Assembly (NCBI RefSeq): GCF_006345805.1
Contig: NW_021834001.1
Span: forward strand, 1 to 64,000
Length of the DNA stretch: 64,000 bases
Source: Octopus sinensis
Taxonomy: Eukaryota
Direction of reading: 5' to 3'
Part shown: positions 1-12,254 of the stretch, one piece after another
Position numbering within the stretch: the first letter of the stretch is position 1
How the letters are laid out: the number at the start of each line of letters is the position of its first letter
Notes under the pieces: generated by a model
What the model was told of the DNA's origin: nothing
Database searches by the model: none
Seen by the model: only the letters and a program-made list of their open reading frames with translations
Made by a program: the position numbers and the translations under genes

Positions 1-94
1 TGTTTTCTGTTATAGCATCGGACCACCAAAGCCTTATAAGTGGATTTGGTAAACGAAAACTGAACACAACCTGTCTTATATATGTATATTTCTC

Positions 95-193
<99 letters not shown>

Positions 194-410
194 TGTGTGT
201 GTGTGTGTTTGTGTCTGTAACGCCACTTGACAACCAGTGTTAGCGTGTTTACGTCCCCGTAACCAAGTTCGTCAAAAGGGTCCGATAGAATAGGTATTAA
301 ACTTTAAAAATATTTAAGTACTGGGATCGATTCATTCAACTAAAAATTCTCCAAGGCGGTGCCCCAGCATGGCTGAGCTCTAATGACTGAAACAAGTAAA
401 AGATAAAGGA
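1..410 (+). mobile_element. SINE family A (tRNA-derived, internal microsatellite), 5' part cut by window edge
   Basis: GTGGATTTGGTAAACGAAAACTGAA, then (CT)n(TA)n(TG)n, then TTTACGTCCCCGTAAC and the tail GGCGGTGCCCCAGCATGG...GACTGAAACAAGTAAAAGA; homologous to the copies at 36057 and 47732. Confidence 0.85.
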
Positions 411-1532
411 TAATTATTCATCTGCAGCAAATCAACCTCGATGATCCACAGATAATGCTTAATACCTATTGCGGTGCCGCTTTGTTTGCTGCAGAGCACT
501 TAAATTAACATGAGGCATAAGAAAATTGAGCGTTAATGCTATTAGCTTAAATATCTGTGCTTTTATCTTTACCACATTTTGATTGGAATGTTCTCCAGTC
601 GTATTCATATTTGTAAGAGTTATCCTGAATGCGAAAATTTTGTTTCAAATATAAATGTAATATTCTCTTATTTTCTTTATCAAAGTCTCCTAAATGTGAA
701 GAAATGACAAAAAATGAGCAATAAAAGTTTTTAAATGTTTATTGCAGCTACCCCCTATACATATGACAATTAACAAACTATAGATAAACACATAGATTGG
801 GAAATAAGGTAAATACTTCAGATATTAAGTGTAAATATTAGTGAGTATCTCATTCTTCAGACATCTGTGATTCAAAATATGGGCTTTTTGTGAAGTGAAA
901 ATCCAATTAATTTATTCGAATGTTTAAAAAGCGCAATGGCAATAACTTTTGAAAATTTAGTCTTTAAATAATTCATCCGGTAAGCCAGAATATGTTTGGC
1001 GAGAAAATTATGTTCAACGTTACTTTGTGTATTTTTTGCAGCAATTTTTTGTCTTTGTTTTGTACAGAATTTTACAAATTTCATCACTTTTTTTAAATAA
1101 AAAAATGCACTGCCAGAAATATACTAGTGGCGTATTAGCAGCGGTATTGAAGAGGGAGACTTAATATAAAGTCAAATTTAGACGGAGTAATAAAATGATA
1201 AAGGAAGTGAAGGAAAGAGAGAGACAGAAAAAACAGACCGCAATTTCAGATATTGATGTCGACCATCTTACTCCTCAACCACCTCTGTCAGTCTTATAAT
1301 AAAAACCTTTGAAAATATGTGCTGATTTCCAAAACGGTAAAAGTCTAAACAACAAATTAAAAAGGGTCGCTTATTAGCAATTAGAACATAAAAGCAAAAT
1401 TAATAGAGGTCACAAAAGTGACAGATGGTATTGACTAGCACTGCTTTTGATAAAGATAAAAGTTCAACTATCTCAAAGCTGCAAACACACTGTTGTAAGT
1501 GAATGACAAAGGGAGGTAAGTCGCCAGCGTAT

Positions 1533-1592
1533 AAAGCAGGCTCGCGATTTCGGATTTTGACGTAGACCATCTTAATCGTCATCAGCGGCTCT
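1533..1592 (-). ncRNA. Decayed minimal hammerhead-ribozyme-like motif
   Basis: Minus strand reads AGAGCCG CTGATGA C GATT..AATC C GAAA T CGCG A G C CTGCTTT. Both core boxes are intact, stem III is palindromic (TCGCGA) and stem I pairs 6/7, but U16.1 is G. Confidence 0.4.
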
Positions 1593-3180
1593 TAACGCCT
1601 AGCTTTAAACTTAACCACTTCTCTCAGACAAGGAAATAAAAAAAGTGATTACTAGACAAAGGCAAAAAGGATTAGAGAAAAGGAGCTTAATATAATTGCC
1701 TCTTTTATTAATTTTGGTAAAGGTCCAGGGCTTTCTAGCGCGAAAGAAAGATATAAAGAAAATTGTTACTCTTATGACTTATCGAACTTGCGTAATTGAT
1801 GTGGTATGGGCCTTGTCGGTAATCAAAGCTGTAAATTTGGTTCGTCAGAATTCTAATTTTACCGCAAAACATTCACCATTTGTTGCTACGACAAATGCAA
1901 AGATTACATTATTATAAAGGAAAACAATATCATCACCATAAATGTTCATAATTCTTTCTGTATTTTGGCGAATGCCGTAAATTTGCAGAGTAGGAATTCA
2001 ATCGATTCTCTCCAAGTAAATGGATAGTACTTAAGTTTTGAAATGGTAAGGATGTAACACACGGTTAGCTCGAGTGAAATTTGAACAATGAACATAGATA
2101 AAGGAAGGTAATTAATTTCAAGCATTGTACTACAATTTAGTATTTCTACAGATCCGGAGAGGCACATGACGAAACGTTATTCCTTAAAAGAAAAATTAAC
2201 ACCAGAAGTATATAAGATGTATGCTTAGCAAGTAAAAATTACAGTGCCGTGTTTCATGAACAGTGAAAAAGTTAGAATTGATAAGTATTGCATGGAAGAG
2301 AGTAATCAGAAAAAAATATTGATGTTTTAAATAAGAAGCACAATATATAATGTTCGGTATCGGGGAAGAAGTGGGATTGGTTGACAGAGAATCAGAATAA
2401 ATGATACAAGGAAAGAAAATCCAGAAATTGGAAAAAAAATGCAAAGACTGTTTAGGTAGAATTAAGCTGAAGCAGCAAAAAGACAAATGTATATAGTTAA
2501 ATCTTTAACAGCTTCGAAAAAAAAAATGAAAAAAAAAACTCCCATTAAACTGTAACTTAGCCGAATAAGCATTGAAGAAATTGAGAAGAGTGGAAGTAAT
2601 ATTAGATTTGTAAAAGCTATACAAAAAAGAAAGTATGGAAATGAAAGCAAAGACAAAAATATGAGAAAACAAATAAAATCATTTCATAATCTAGCATCAG
2701 AATATAAAATATATATGCTGACAATTATTATATTAAAAGTTATTAGGAGCTAATTGGATAAAGTAAGAAGGATTAGTAAGAAAGTGTTTAGTTTGATATA
2801 GATCCCAAAGATAAATCCCAAAGGAGGAGTATGATATACTCTAGAGAACAAGAAAAAGAAGCTGGAGATACCAACATAAACAGAATATATTATTCATATG
2901 GTTTAACCAAGTGAGAAAACTATCCACCCAAAACAGCAAGATACACAAAGAAAATATCAACTTAATACCAAGTACGAAAGGATACTAGGAAACCATGCGA
3001 AGGCAGAGGATGTTGTGATTGGTTAGCAGATAATACAAATGGTTACAATTGATAAACTAGTAATAAAAATATATGTACGTTACCGATGCAAAAGACTGCC
3101 AGGAATGAGTGAAAGAGGGTTCGAAACGGATCTGCCTAGAAATGCAGAAACAGGATTTTAAGTCTTATTTTTCTAAGCAG

Positions 3181-3510
3181 CCATTAGTGTGGTTAGAGCG
3201 TCGGACTCACAATCATAAGGTAGTTAGTTCGATTCTGTGTTGTGTTCTTGAGCAAGGCACTTTATTTTCATGTTGCTCTAGTTCACTCAGCTGTAGAAAT
3301 AAGTTGCGATGTCACTGGTGCCAAGCTGTATCGGCCTTTGCTTATCCCTTGGATAACATCGGTGGCGTGGAGAGGGGAAACTGGTATGCATGAGCGACTG
3401 CTGGTCTTCCATAAACAAACTTGTCCGAACTTGTGCCTTGGAGAGGAACTTTCTCGGTGCAACCCTGTGGTCATTCATACCAAAAAGGGTCTTTATCAGT
3501 TACCCTTAAG
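3181..3510 (+). mobile_element. tRNA-derived SINE, head D' (CORE-like domain) + tail T3
   Basis: A/B-box-like head (AGTGTGGTTAGAGCG...GTTCGATT), TTGAGCAAGGCACTT...CACTCAGCTGTAGAAAT, tail homologous to 45148-45478 and 59603-59908. Confidence 0.85.
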
Positions 3511-3634
3511 ATTCGGGACATAAACATATAAACATAGGCACCAACATTCAAGTGGAGTCAGTATAAAAAGAGGTGCATTGATACAGTCACTAGCATACAC
3601 ACACCGTATATATATATAATATATTATATATATA

Positions 3635-3707
<73 letters not shown>

Positions 3708-4112
3708 TTATGTACACGATGTATTTCCACATAGTCTCTGTCCACCTATATTTCACTTATGAGTGATTCGAGTTGACTATGAAAGATCGCTTCATCTTAC
3801 AAAACCTCTTCCCACCGTTCACTTTTGCTTACTGAATGAGTCGACGACACCATCTTGAAAATTTCGAACATTTTTCTGTATTTAAATGTTCTGCATCGTA
3901 GAGCGATTAATAAAAGTATTTGAATTGTGCCTTGTGCCTTACAAATTCTGGTCAACGAAGAAACGCAGAAGAACAATAAATTGAAGACAAAGAGGCTTCT
4001 AAAATGGAAAAACAAAACGAAAAGGTACGGGGTTTCCAAAACCGGCCCCGCTTCGGCGATAAACAACAGTAAAAACAAGAACAATAATAATTATAACGAT
4101 GATGATGAGGAG

Positions 4113-4517
4113 GAATAGAAGAAGAGAGAAGAGACAGACGAGAAGAAGAAGAAGAAGAAGACGAAGAGAAGAAGGAAAAGAAAGAAAAGAAGAAGACGGA
4201 AAAGAAGAAGAGAGGAAAAGAGAAGGAAGAAGAAGAAGAAGAAGAAGAAGAAGAAGAAGAAGGAAAAGAAGAAGACGAAGAAGAAGAAGAAGAAGGAAAA
4301 GAAGAAGAAGAAGGAAAAGAAGAAGAAGAAGGAAAAGACGAAGACGAAGAAAAAGAAAAAGAAAAGAAAAGAAAAAGGAGGAGGAGAGAAGAAGAAGAAA
4401 AGAAGAAGGAAGAAGAAAAGAAGAAGAATAAGAAAAGAAGAGAAGAAGAAGAAAAGAAGAAGAAGAAGAAGAGAAGAAGAAGAAGAAGAAGAAGAAGAAG
4501 AAGAAGAAGAAGAAGAA

Positions 4518-4564
<47 letters not shown>

Positions 4565-4870
4565 AGAAGAAGAAAAGAAAAAGAAAAAGAAAAGAAGGAG
4601 AGAAGAAGAAGAAGAAGAAAGAAGAAGAAGAAGAAGAAGAAGAAGAAGAAAGAAGAAGAAGAAGAAGAAGAAGAAGAGAAGAAGAAGAAGAAGAAGAAGA
4701 AGAAGAAGAAAGAAGAAGAAGAAGAAGACAAAGAAGAAGAAGAAGAGAGAAGAAGAAGAAGAAGAAGAAGAAGAAGAAGAAGAGAAGAAGAAGAGAAGAA
4801 GAAGAAAGAAGAAGAAGAAGAAGAAGAGAAGAAGAAGAAGAAGAAGAAGAAGAAGAAGAAGAAGAAGAAG
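4113..4870 (+). repeat. Very long imperfect (GAA)n polypurine tract
   Basis: About 750 bp almost free of pyrimidines on the + strand; explains ORFs 3952..4989 and 4099..4431. Confidence 0.98.
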
Positions 4871-5519
4871 GAGGGGTGTGCGTACGCAGAAGCAGACAGT
4901 GAAATAGAAGAAATATTTGTATCTAGTGATTTCTGTTGATAAATTATGAAGGAAATGTTATCGTTTGTCGTCTGCTTACGCGTACGCATTTATGCAAGTG
5001 TATACGTGAGACGATTTGTCCATATGTGTATGTGTGTTATTTTGTTTTTCAACATCATTTCCGGTTCAGTGGAAATCTGTTATTTGCTAGACGTAAACAA
5101 TGTGTTTGAGATATTCAGTTGATTAGAGCATATTATACGTCGTTGGATATGTTTGGACTTTGGAAAGTGACAGAAAGAAATGATACGACTGAAGGTTGTC
5201 ATGTGAATGTGTATATGAAAAGGAAAAAGCTGAATTGATGTATACAGGAAACTGAGAGGCAGATAAAATGAAGAAAACGACGGAGTAAATATGTGAAGTG
5301 ATCGGAGGAGGCTGAAATATAATGTATGGTGCGAAAGACGGAAAGACAGACAAATAGAGAAGAGTATGATTATTAATACATTCATACATAAATACTTATA
5401 AACATGTATACATGACTGCCTGCAAACATACATGCATAGATACATGCATGCATACATACAAAAATCACGCATATTTACTTACGTACGTATGTACGATTGT
5501 GTGTGTGTGCTTATATACT

Positions 5520-5912
5520 CTCTCTTTACTCTTTTACTTGTTTCACTCATTTGGCTGCGGCTATGCTGGAGCACCGCCTTTAGCCGAGCAAATCAACCCC
5601 AGGACATATTCTTTGGTAACCCAGTACTTATTCTATCGGTCTCTTTTGCCGAACCGCTAAGTTACGGGACACTAGCACACCAGCATCGGTTGTTAAGCGA
5701 TGTCGTGGGGGAACAAACACAGACACACAAACACACACATAAATATATACATACATATATATACAACGGGCTTCTTTCAGTTTCCGCCTACCAAATCCAC
5801 TCACAAGGCTTTGGTCGGCCCGAGGCTATAGTAGAAGACACTTGCCCACGGTGCCATGCAGTGGGACTGAACCATGTAGTTGGTAAGCAAGCTACTTACC
5901 ACACAGCCACTC
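5520..5912 (-). mobile_element. SINE family A, near full length
   Basis: Reverse complement of the head GAGTGGCTGTGTGGTAAGTAGC, the body and the tail (GCTATGCTGGAGCACCGCC, CTTTTACTTGTTTCA). Confidence 0.92.
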
Positions 5913-5984
5913 AACACTAGTATGCGCGTAAATGCAAAACAAGTTGGAAAACGTAGTACTGGAATACCGATTGTAGTATAATGT

Positions 5985-6135
5985 GCTATTTTATTAAAGC
6001 TACAAAAACATTCACAAAAACTGTTACTCAGAGTTTCACGTTCCCATTTGTCGGGCAGCTGTGATAACAACTGCCCGACGAATGGCAACGTAAAATTCTG
6101 AGTAGCATGTTTTGTGATGCTTTTGCTGCTTTAAT
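5985..6135. repeat. Foldback / MITE-like inverted repeat with an 86-nt central hairpin
   Basis: Arms 6022-6058 and 6071-6107 pair (2 mismatches, 3 G.U pairs); degenerate outer arms 5985-6021 and 6108-6135. Confidence 0.8.
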
Positions 6136-6200
6136 GAAAAAAGTATGTATATATATATATATAAGAATCTTTTGCATAATAAGATAAAAAAAAACCAAGG

Positions 6201-6242
<42 letters not shown>

Positions 6243-6259
6243 GCATTTATAGATAGAAG

Positions 6260-6311
6260 GTCTTACAGCTGTTTCTAGGATATTAATTAATAATATCCCT
6301 TCATCGGAGAC
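6260..6311 (-). ncRNA. Minimal type-I hammerhead-like motif (U4C variant)
   Basis: Minus strand reads GTCT CCGATGA A GGGATATT attaatt AATATCCT A GAAAC AGCT GTA AGAC: stem I 4 bp, stem II 8 bp, palindromic stem III ACAGCTGT, GUA triplet. Confidence 0.6.
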
Positions 6312-6377
6312 GGTGTGAGAGGAAAAATTAAGTCATAGTCAGTTTCGAAACTATGACTTAATTTTTACTCTTACACC

Positions 6378-6428
6378 GTCTCCAATGAAGGATATTATTA
6401 ATTGATATCCTAGAAACAGCTGTAAGAC
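6378..6428 (+). ncRNA. Minimal type-I hammerhead-like motif (U4C, G5A; probably inactive)
   Basis: GTCT CCAATGA A GGATATT..GATATCCT A GAAAC AGCT GTA AGAC; the inverted copy of 6260-6311. Confidence 0.5.
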
Positions 6429-6444
6429 CTTCTATCTATAAATG

Positions 6445-6480
<36 letters not shown>

Positions 6481-6687
6481 AGAAGGGTAGTAATATTATT
6501 TACTACCAGGTGCCCAGCACAAAAGACGAATTAGTCATAAGACAAAAATATTATTCATATAGAAAAATATTATTCATGTAGTTATACAATTAAGGGCTCC
6601 TAAATAAAGATGCCGAGTGCTGGGAACATAAAAAGGGGATGAATTTATCGAGAGTGAAAATCAAAAACGTTTACCGATAACTTTAAC

Positions 6688-6763
6688 AACTCGTACCGCG
6701 GTTTCTGCTTCTTTCTAGCAAAGCACAGAATATGTTTGCTAAGGCCAGCTTCATCAGCGAGTC
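6688..6763 (-). ncRNA. Type-I hammerhead ribozyme, complete core
   Basis: Reverse-complement copy of 7108-7183 with one substitution in the stem II extension. Confidence 0.8.
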
Positions 6764-7107
6764 GCCTGAATTTAATCGAGGTCTGCAGCGATGTGGGACT
6801 ATATGTTACATCCGACTACTAGCAGATCTTAACTTTTCAAATCTCTGCGCAGACGCAAAATTTACACGGGCATGCCGGGAAGAATTTTACGAATAAATTC
6901 ATCATGTAGTATGCGAATATAAACAAGAAGGGTAGTAATATTATTTACTACCAGGTGCCCAGCACAAAAGACGAATTAGTCATAAGACAAAAATATTATT
7001 CATGTGTAAATTTTGCGTCTGCGCAGAGATTTGAAAAGTTAAGATCTGCTAGTAGTCGGATGTAACATATAGTCCCACATCGCTGCAGACCTCGATTAAA
7101 TTCAGGC

Positions 7108-7183
7108 GACTCGCTGATGAAGCTGGCCTTAGCAAACATATTCTGTGTTTTGCTAGAAAGAAGCAGAAACCGCGGTACGAGTT
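7108..7183 (+). ncRNA. Type-I hammerhead ribozyme, complete core
   Basis: GACTCG (7108-13) CTGATGA (7114-20) A GCT..TTAGCAAA..TTTGCTAG..AGC A GAAA (7166-69) C CGCG GTA (7175-77) CGAGTT. Stem I 6 bp, palindromic stem III ACCGCGGT, predicted cut after 7177. Confidence 0.82.
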
Positions 7184-7376
7184 GTGTAAAGTTATCGGTA
7201 ACGTTTTGATTTTCACTCTCGATAAATTCATCCCCTTTTTATGTTCCCAGCACTCGCATCTTTATTTAGGAGCCCTTAATTGTATAACTACATGAATAAT
7301 ATTTTTGTCTTATGACTAATTCGTCTTTTGTGCTGGGCACCTGGTAGTAAATAATATTACTACCCTTCTTGTTTAT

Positions 7377-7433
<57 letters not shown>

Positions 7434-7606
7434 CCTTAGTTTTTTTTATCTCATTATGCAAAAATTCTTATATACACACACTGACATAGAACAAACGTTG
7501 AACCCTTTATTCGCAATATTACTGAATCTGGAACTTAACTATGGTCTGTCTATAGCACTTATTCAGCATTATCTGATACCTTTGGGTTTCAATGACAACA
7601 TTATCA

Positions 7607-7679
<73 letters not shown>

Positions 7680-7742
7680 CATATATGGACAACATACTAA
7701 GGAAAAGCAAAGAAACAAAGAGAAAGAGGTCTATCAGATAAA

Positions 7743-7787
<45 letters not shown>

Positions 7788-9299
7788 AGAAAGTAAGAGA
7801 TTGAATGAGATAAAAAACATAGTGAAATGGTTATTAGGGAATGAAATTAACTTAGTTCATCACGAAAACTTTTGTTTTATGCTACCCCACTTATGCTACC
7901 ATGACTAACTTCAAGGAAGCAAACTCTTAGCTAGCCAATGACAATTACTCAACCTGAACAATTAACCTGCTAAAATAGCAACCAAATCTTGTACAAATTA
8001 CATCATGTAGCCTTAAAAGGGAAACACTGTATAACGCTGTGATAGATACACTGTAATTAAACAGAGGACAAGAAATCTCTGGACTGAAATTTCTTTGGAT
8101 ATAAGTCCGTTCCATTATTGTTGATATGAAGTTAAATAATGCCAAGAATGGTAACTTCATTCCGTTACCTTATTTTATAATGCCAGTTAATAAGAAAACG
8201 AACGAAATGACACTTGACAAAGGAGATACAAATGGTATATTGCACAAAAGTCGCCAGGTGTTTTCGCTAACGAGTGTGTTCTTATGAAAATTTTATGCGT
8301 TATAACAATTCTTTGAAAAGTTTAAAACCAAACGATTTAAAGATAGAAATTAAACGTGGCGCTAACAGCAAGAACATTTATTGTTTCTAAGTCCGAGATT
8401 AGCACTGATTGATGAGATATATAATTTAGGATATTCTAGTCGTGATCATCAAATTCGTTAGGCTATGTACATTCAAATTCACAGTATTTGACATGTGCTT
8501 CTTCTTTTAAGATGGTAGGCCTTGATATACGGAATACTTGACTTCCGTATCTTGCAGGTTGTGCGATCTCGTTGAGGCTCCCTTAGTATCTTGAGTAAGA
8601 GAAATACAAACGTTTTGGTTTGGATTATCAGCAGTGAAGGGATCTTACCAGGTGAAGAAAGTTCAAAACAATTGTAAGCGGCCATTTCAATTCGAAAAGT
8701 AACCAGACTTTGCAAAAAGGAAAGAAAAAGCAAAAGAACAAAAGAAAATCGACCAATTGAAATGCAGCAAGAATGTCCCAAATTTCAGGTCGAGGTATTT
8801 TTGAAACACGCAGAAAGTACTTGAACAATAAATATTTAATGACAGAGAAAGTGCTACAAACAACAACTAATTGGATTATCTAGCGTAAAGCCACAGATCC
8901 ATCACAACCTACCTGCTAGAGTGTACAGATAAAAGAAACAGTATCTAAAATGTATCATTTTTCGCTCCGCATGGTAATAGATCTTACTAAGCTCTTCTAC
9001 AGCCAGTGTTCAAACGTTTAATTGTAGCAATGGTTCAAAACTGTGATTACTTAAAAACGAAGTTTCACTTCCAGAAGACAATGCATGCTGCAAAATTACA
9101 AATGACTGTAAATAACAGTCATTACCGAAGAATATAACAGAAAGAAGAATCTGATTCACTAACAGAATGACATTTTACCATATTTCCTGTATATGGTCAC
9201 GAAAGTGTAGATATGAGTATAACGTAGCATAAATAGTAATGCGGTACAGAATCTTGTCAACTAAATGACGGCCAAGTCTCCCAGCATGAAGAAAACCAA

Positions 9300-11830
9300 A
9301 ACAAAACAAAATTCAATCAAAATGGACCCGGGTTCAAATATCGTGGTTCTATATAAAACCTTCTTTTGTATATAAACCGATGATTTGAAGTAGTACTCTG
9401 TAGATGATAAACAAACTAGTAACAATGTTACAAATACACATAAGGCTACGAATAAGAGCGAATATGATGATGATTTGTGTATAGGACATTTTAAAGATGG
9501 AAATTATGAATGAAGAAAGAATATATGAGTATAAAAGGGACATTATTAAAGAATTAATATTTATAGAACTTCCAATAGGCCAACAAAAAGTCTTTCAAAG
9601 GCAGGCTTTAACTATAAAGGAATAGAAAACAATACAATATACAAAGGTGACCATCGTTGACAAAGAAAATATCAACAAAGTAAACCAAAAATATATGCAG
9701 CAATCTTACTACTTAGGAAGGAAAGCCAAGTATTCCGTCAGTTCTATTCATATAAGAATATCAAAGCCTAAACAAACGAGGTATCCGACAAACACACAGA
9801 GAAAGACAGAAAATGACATAAAAAAGATCGCTCGATCTTTATAACAAAAATAACAAATGAAATCAGTGGATAAGACAAATACTGCTAAAATATTACATAA
9901 CAAAAACGAATCAGAAATCAAAGAATGCTTCAAAAAGAGATTCTTGCTAAATTGCGAAGAATCCGTTGTTATGAAAAGCTACACGAATTACTTGAACAAA
10001 ACGAACAGTTCCACTCCAGCGCAAAACAATTTTATCAATAACTAAATAAATAAAAAAATAGCAGCGCCAGCAAAACAACAACAACAACAAAAAGAAAACA
10101 AAATAAAAGCATAAACGAAAGCAAAAACAGGATAAAATAATTTATTCATAGGTATATATATTTTCGCAATCACGTGCAAAGAAGACAGTGGTGTATAACA
10201 GACATACAAGTGTTGACAAAACGGAAAAGAACATTTAATGTCGTACTGAAAAGACTCCCGGAAACAACATCTGAATGACTCCCCGAGGAATACGTTTAAT
10301 ATCCAAAAATAAAAATAAAATAGTAAACCCTACAAAACCAAAACAAGATCACCTACGGTGTGCAAACACATATTGACAATATTGTAACACAGGAGACATG
10401 ATTTCTCTAAAAAACATAACTCTCTCAAAGAAGAACAGAGTGGACACCGTAAAGGCATGTGGTTACACTGATTAATAACAAGTCAACAAAGGCTTCATTG
10501 CACACCGTAGAAGAACAAAACGTCTGTACATGCATGGATTGAATATGAAAAGGCTTTTAATAGTGTTAACGTTGCTCCTGGCTTCTGGATAAATTAACTA
10601 TGAGTGAGAGAGCACCAATTCATAAGCCGGAAGCTCAAACATACCATCAATTAATGGCAAAAAATTCTCTAGTTCCAAATATAAGTTATCTATAAAAATG
10701 AATCTAGCCTCATTTGGAAGAATGGCATTCCAAAGTAACTACCTCCGTCCACATTTTTTTATCTGGCGTAACGTCTGTTATCACCGTGTTAAGTTGGATT
10801 GAACAAATGTTAAGGTGTACAAATGTTAAGAGATACAAGTGCTAAAGCAAACAGATGTTAAAGGATACACATGTTAAGGGAGAACAATCAGCTAGCTTTT
10901 GTACACCGATAACATCATGTATTTTGCAGGAGCAAGGAAGAAATACTGGTAATAGGGGTACAGGAATTCAGTAATGGAAAATTTCGCGAAGACAATTTTG
11001 AAGTGTGGAAAAATTGATTAAAAATAGATGTACATCATGATAATTAAAGAAATAAATATATGGAAATTCCTCTTAATCACTGAATTATATGTAATTATGG
11101 AATTAAAATGAAAACAGTACACACAAGCGATAAAACTATCAAGAAAGACCATATAAACGCATTAGATTAAAACATTAAACTTCACTACATAAACTATAGG
11201 AAGAGTGGTATGAAATATATACGTATATATAATTTTATGCGTGTTTGTGCATCCGTAAGTGCGTATATACATATATATGTACTTATCAATACTCAACTGG
11301 AAGCCAATTAATTAGGTAGACTAGACCGGAAAACAAGAACAATATCAGCTATATTTAGGATGCATCATTCAAATGAAGTCATAAACAGATTATATTAGCA
11401 AGAAGGTTAAGATCTTCGAAAACATTTTTATTATAAACTATCAATAAAAATATATTTGCAAAGATTAAAAGGAAACAGTTAAAAAACTTTGAAAGCTAAA
11501 CGTTCTCTTTTTTCTTTTTGTGATGTAGCTAACAAATATGAAACAGCATGTGAAGTAACAGACAACTGAAAAGAAGAAGAAACAGCATACACTATGAAGA
11601 TATTAAAATTTTACCTGAATAGAGTCATGCTGATATGAAAGCAGAAATGCCCCTGCGTGGCTAACCCGATGCAACAGAAGTGGAAAAGCTACCATTGGCC
11701 GCAAAATGCAGGGTTGAAAGGGTGTTTTTATTGCATGATTTGCATAATAAATCATAAATTAAATATTTCCACCAGAATGCATCAAGCACATGCAGGGAAT
11801 CGCTATATAAAAATATCAGTAAACATTGTG
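9300..11830 (+). mobile_element. Decayed R4/Dong-like non-LTR retrotransposon (copy 1)
   Basis: Frameshifted motifs in the expected order: N-terminal KWTR (~9320), AWIEYEKAFNSV (~10530, RT 'AWIDYKKAFDSV'), GIP-like QG region (~10725), LYTDNIMYFA (~10900, degenerate YxDD). Confidence 0.7.
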
Positions 11831-12030
11831 GTTTTTGTGAAGAAATAATTAAACTATTTCTTCCTGCCCTGTCTTATCAAAAATGTCAAAAATGGAATGA
11901 TATATTGAGGCATGGCTGAAATAGATTCTTTATTTTCTGAAAATTATAGCCATTATCAAATACCCAGAATAAAAGTCTATTTTATAAATATACATTAAAA
12001 AATATTGTCAACGAATGAAACAAAATTGTA

Positions 12031-12194
12031 TAGGTGCAGGAGTGGCTGTGTGGTAAGTAACTTGCTTACCAACCACATGGTTTTGGGTTCAGTTTCACTA
12101 TATGGCGCCTTGGGTAAGTGTCTTCTGCTATAGCCTCGGGCCAACCAAAGCCTTGTGAATGGATTTGGTAGACGGAAACTGAAAGAAGCCCGTC

Positions 12195-12254
<60 letters not shown>

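Larger units (their letters stand above)
6238..6450. mobile_element. Head-to-head foldback element in (TA)n carrying two hammerhead-like folds (Penelope/retrozyme-like)
   Basis: About 100-bp near-perfect arms 6238-6339 and 6350-6450 around CAGTTTCGAA; (TA)n on both sides. Confidence 0.8.
6479..7371. mobile_element. Penelope/retrozyme-like composite: unit + partial tandem copy + inverted unit, in (TA)n
   Basis: 6479-6867 is the near-perfect reverse complement of 7004-7371. 6924-7003 directly repeats the start of 6479 (period about 445 bp). Each arm carries a hammerhead. Confidence 0.85.

Noticed and set aside
1620-3060. Purine-rich stretch suggestive of a decayed LINE (also 26220-27050)
   Set aside because: I could not identify enough ordered motifs to name a family.
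3952-4989. 345-aa and other long ORFs (30323..31021, 41758..42201, 42766..43419, 55399..55956, 61453..61953)
   Set aside because: They are translations of simple repeats that lack stop codons; no coding signal.
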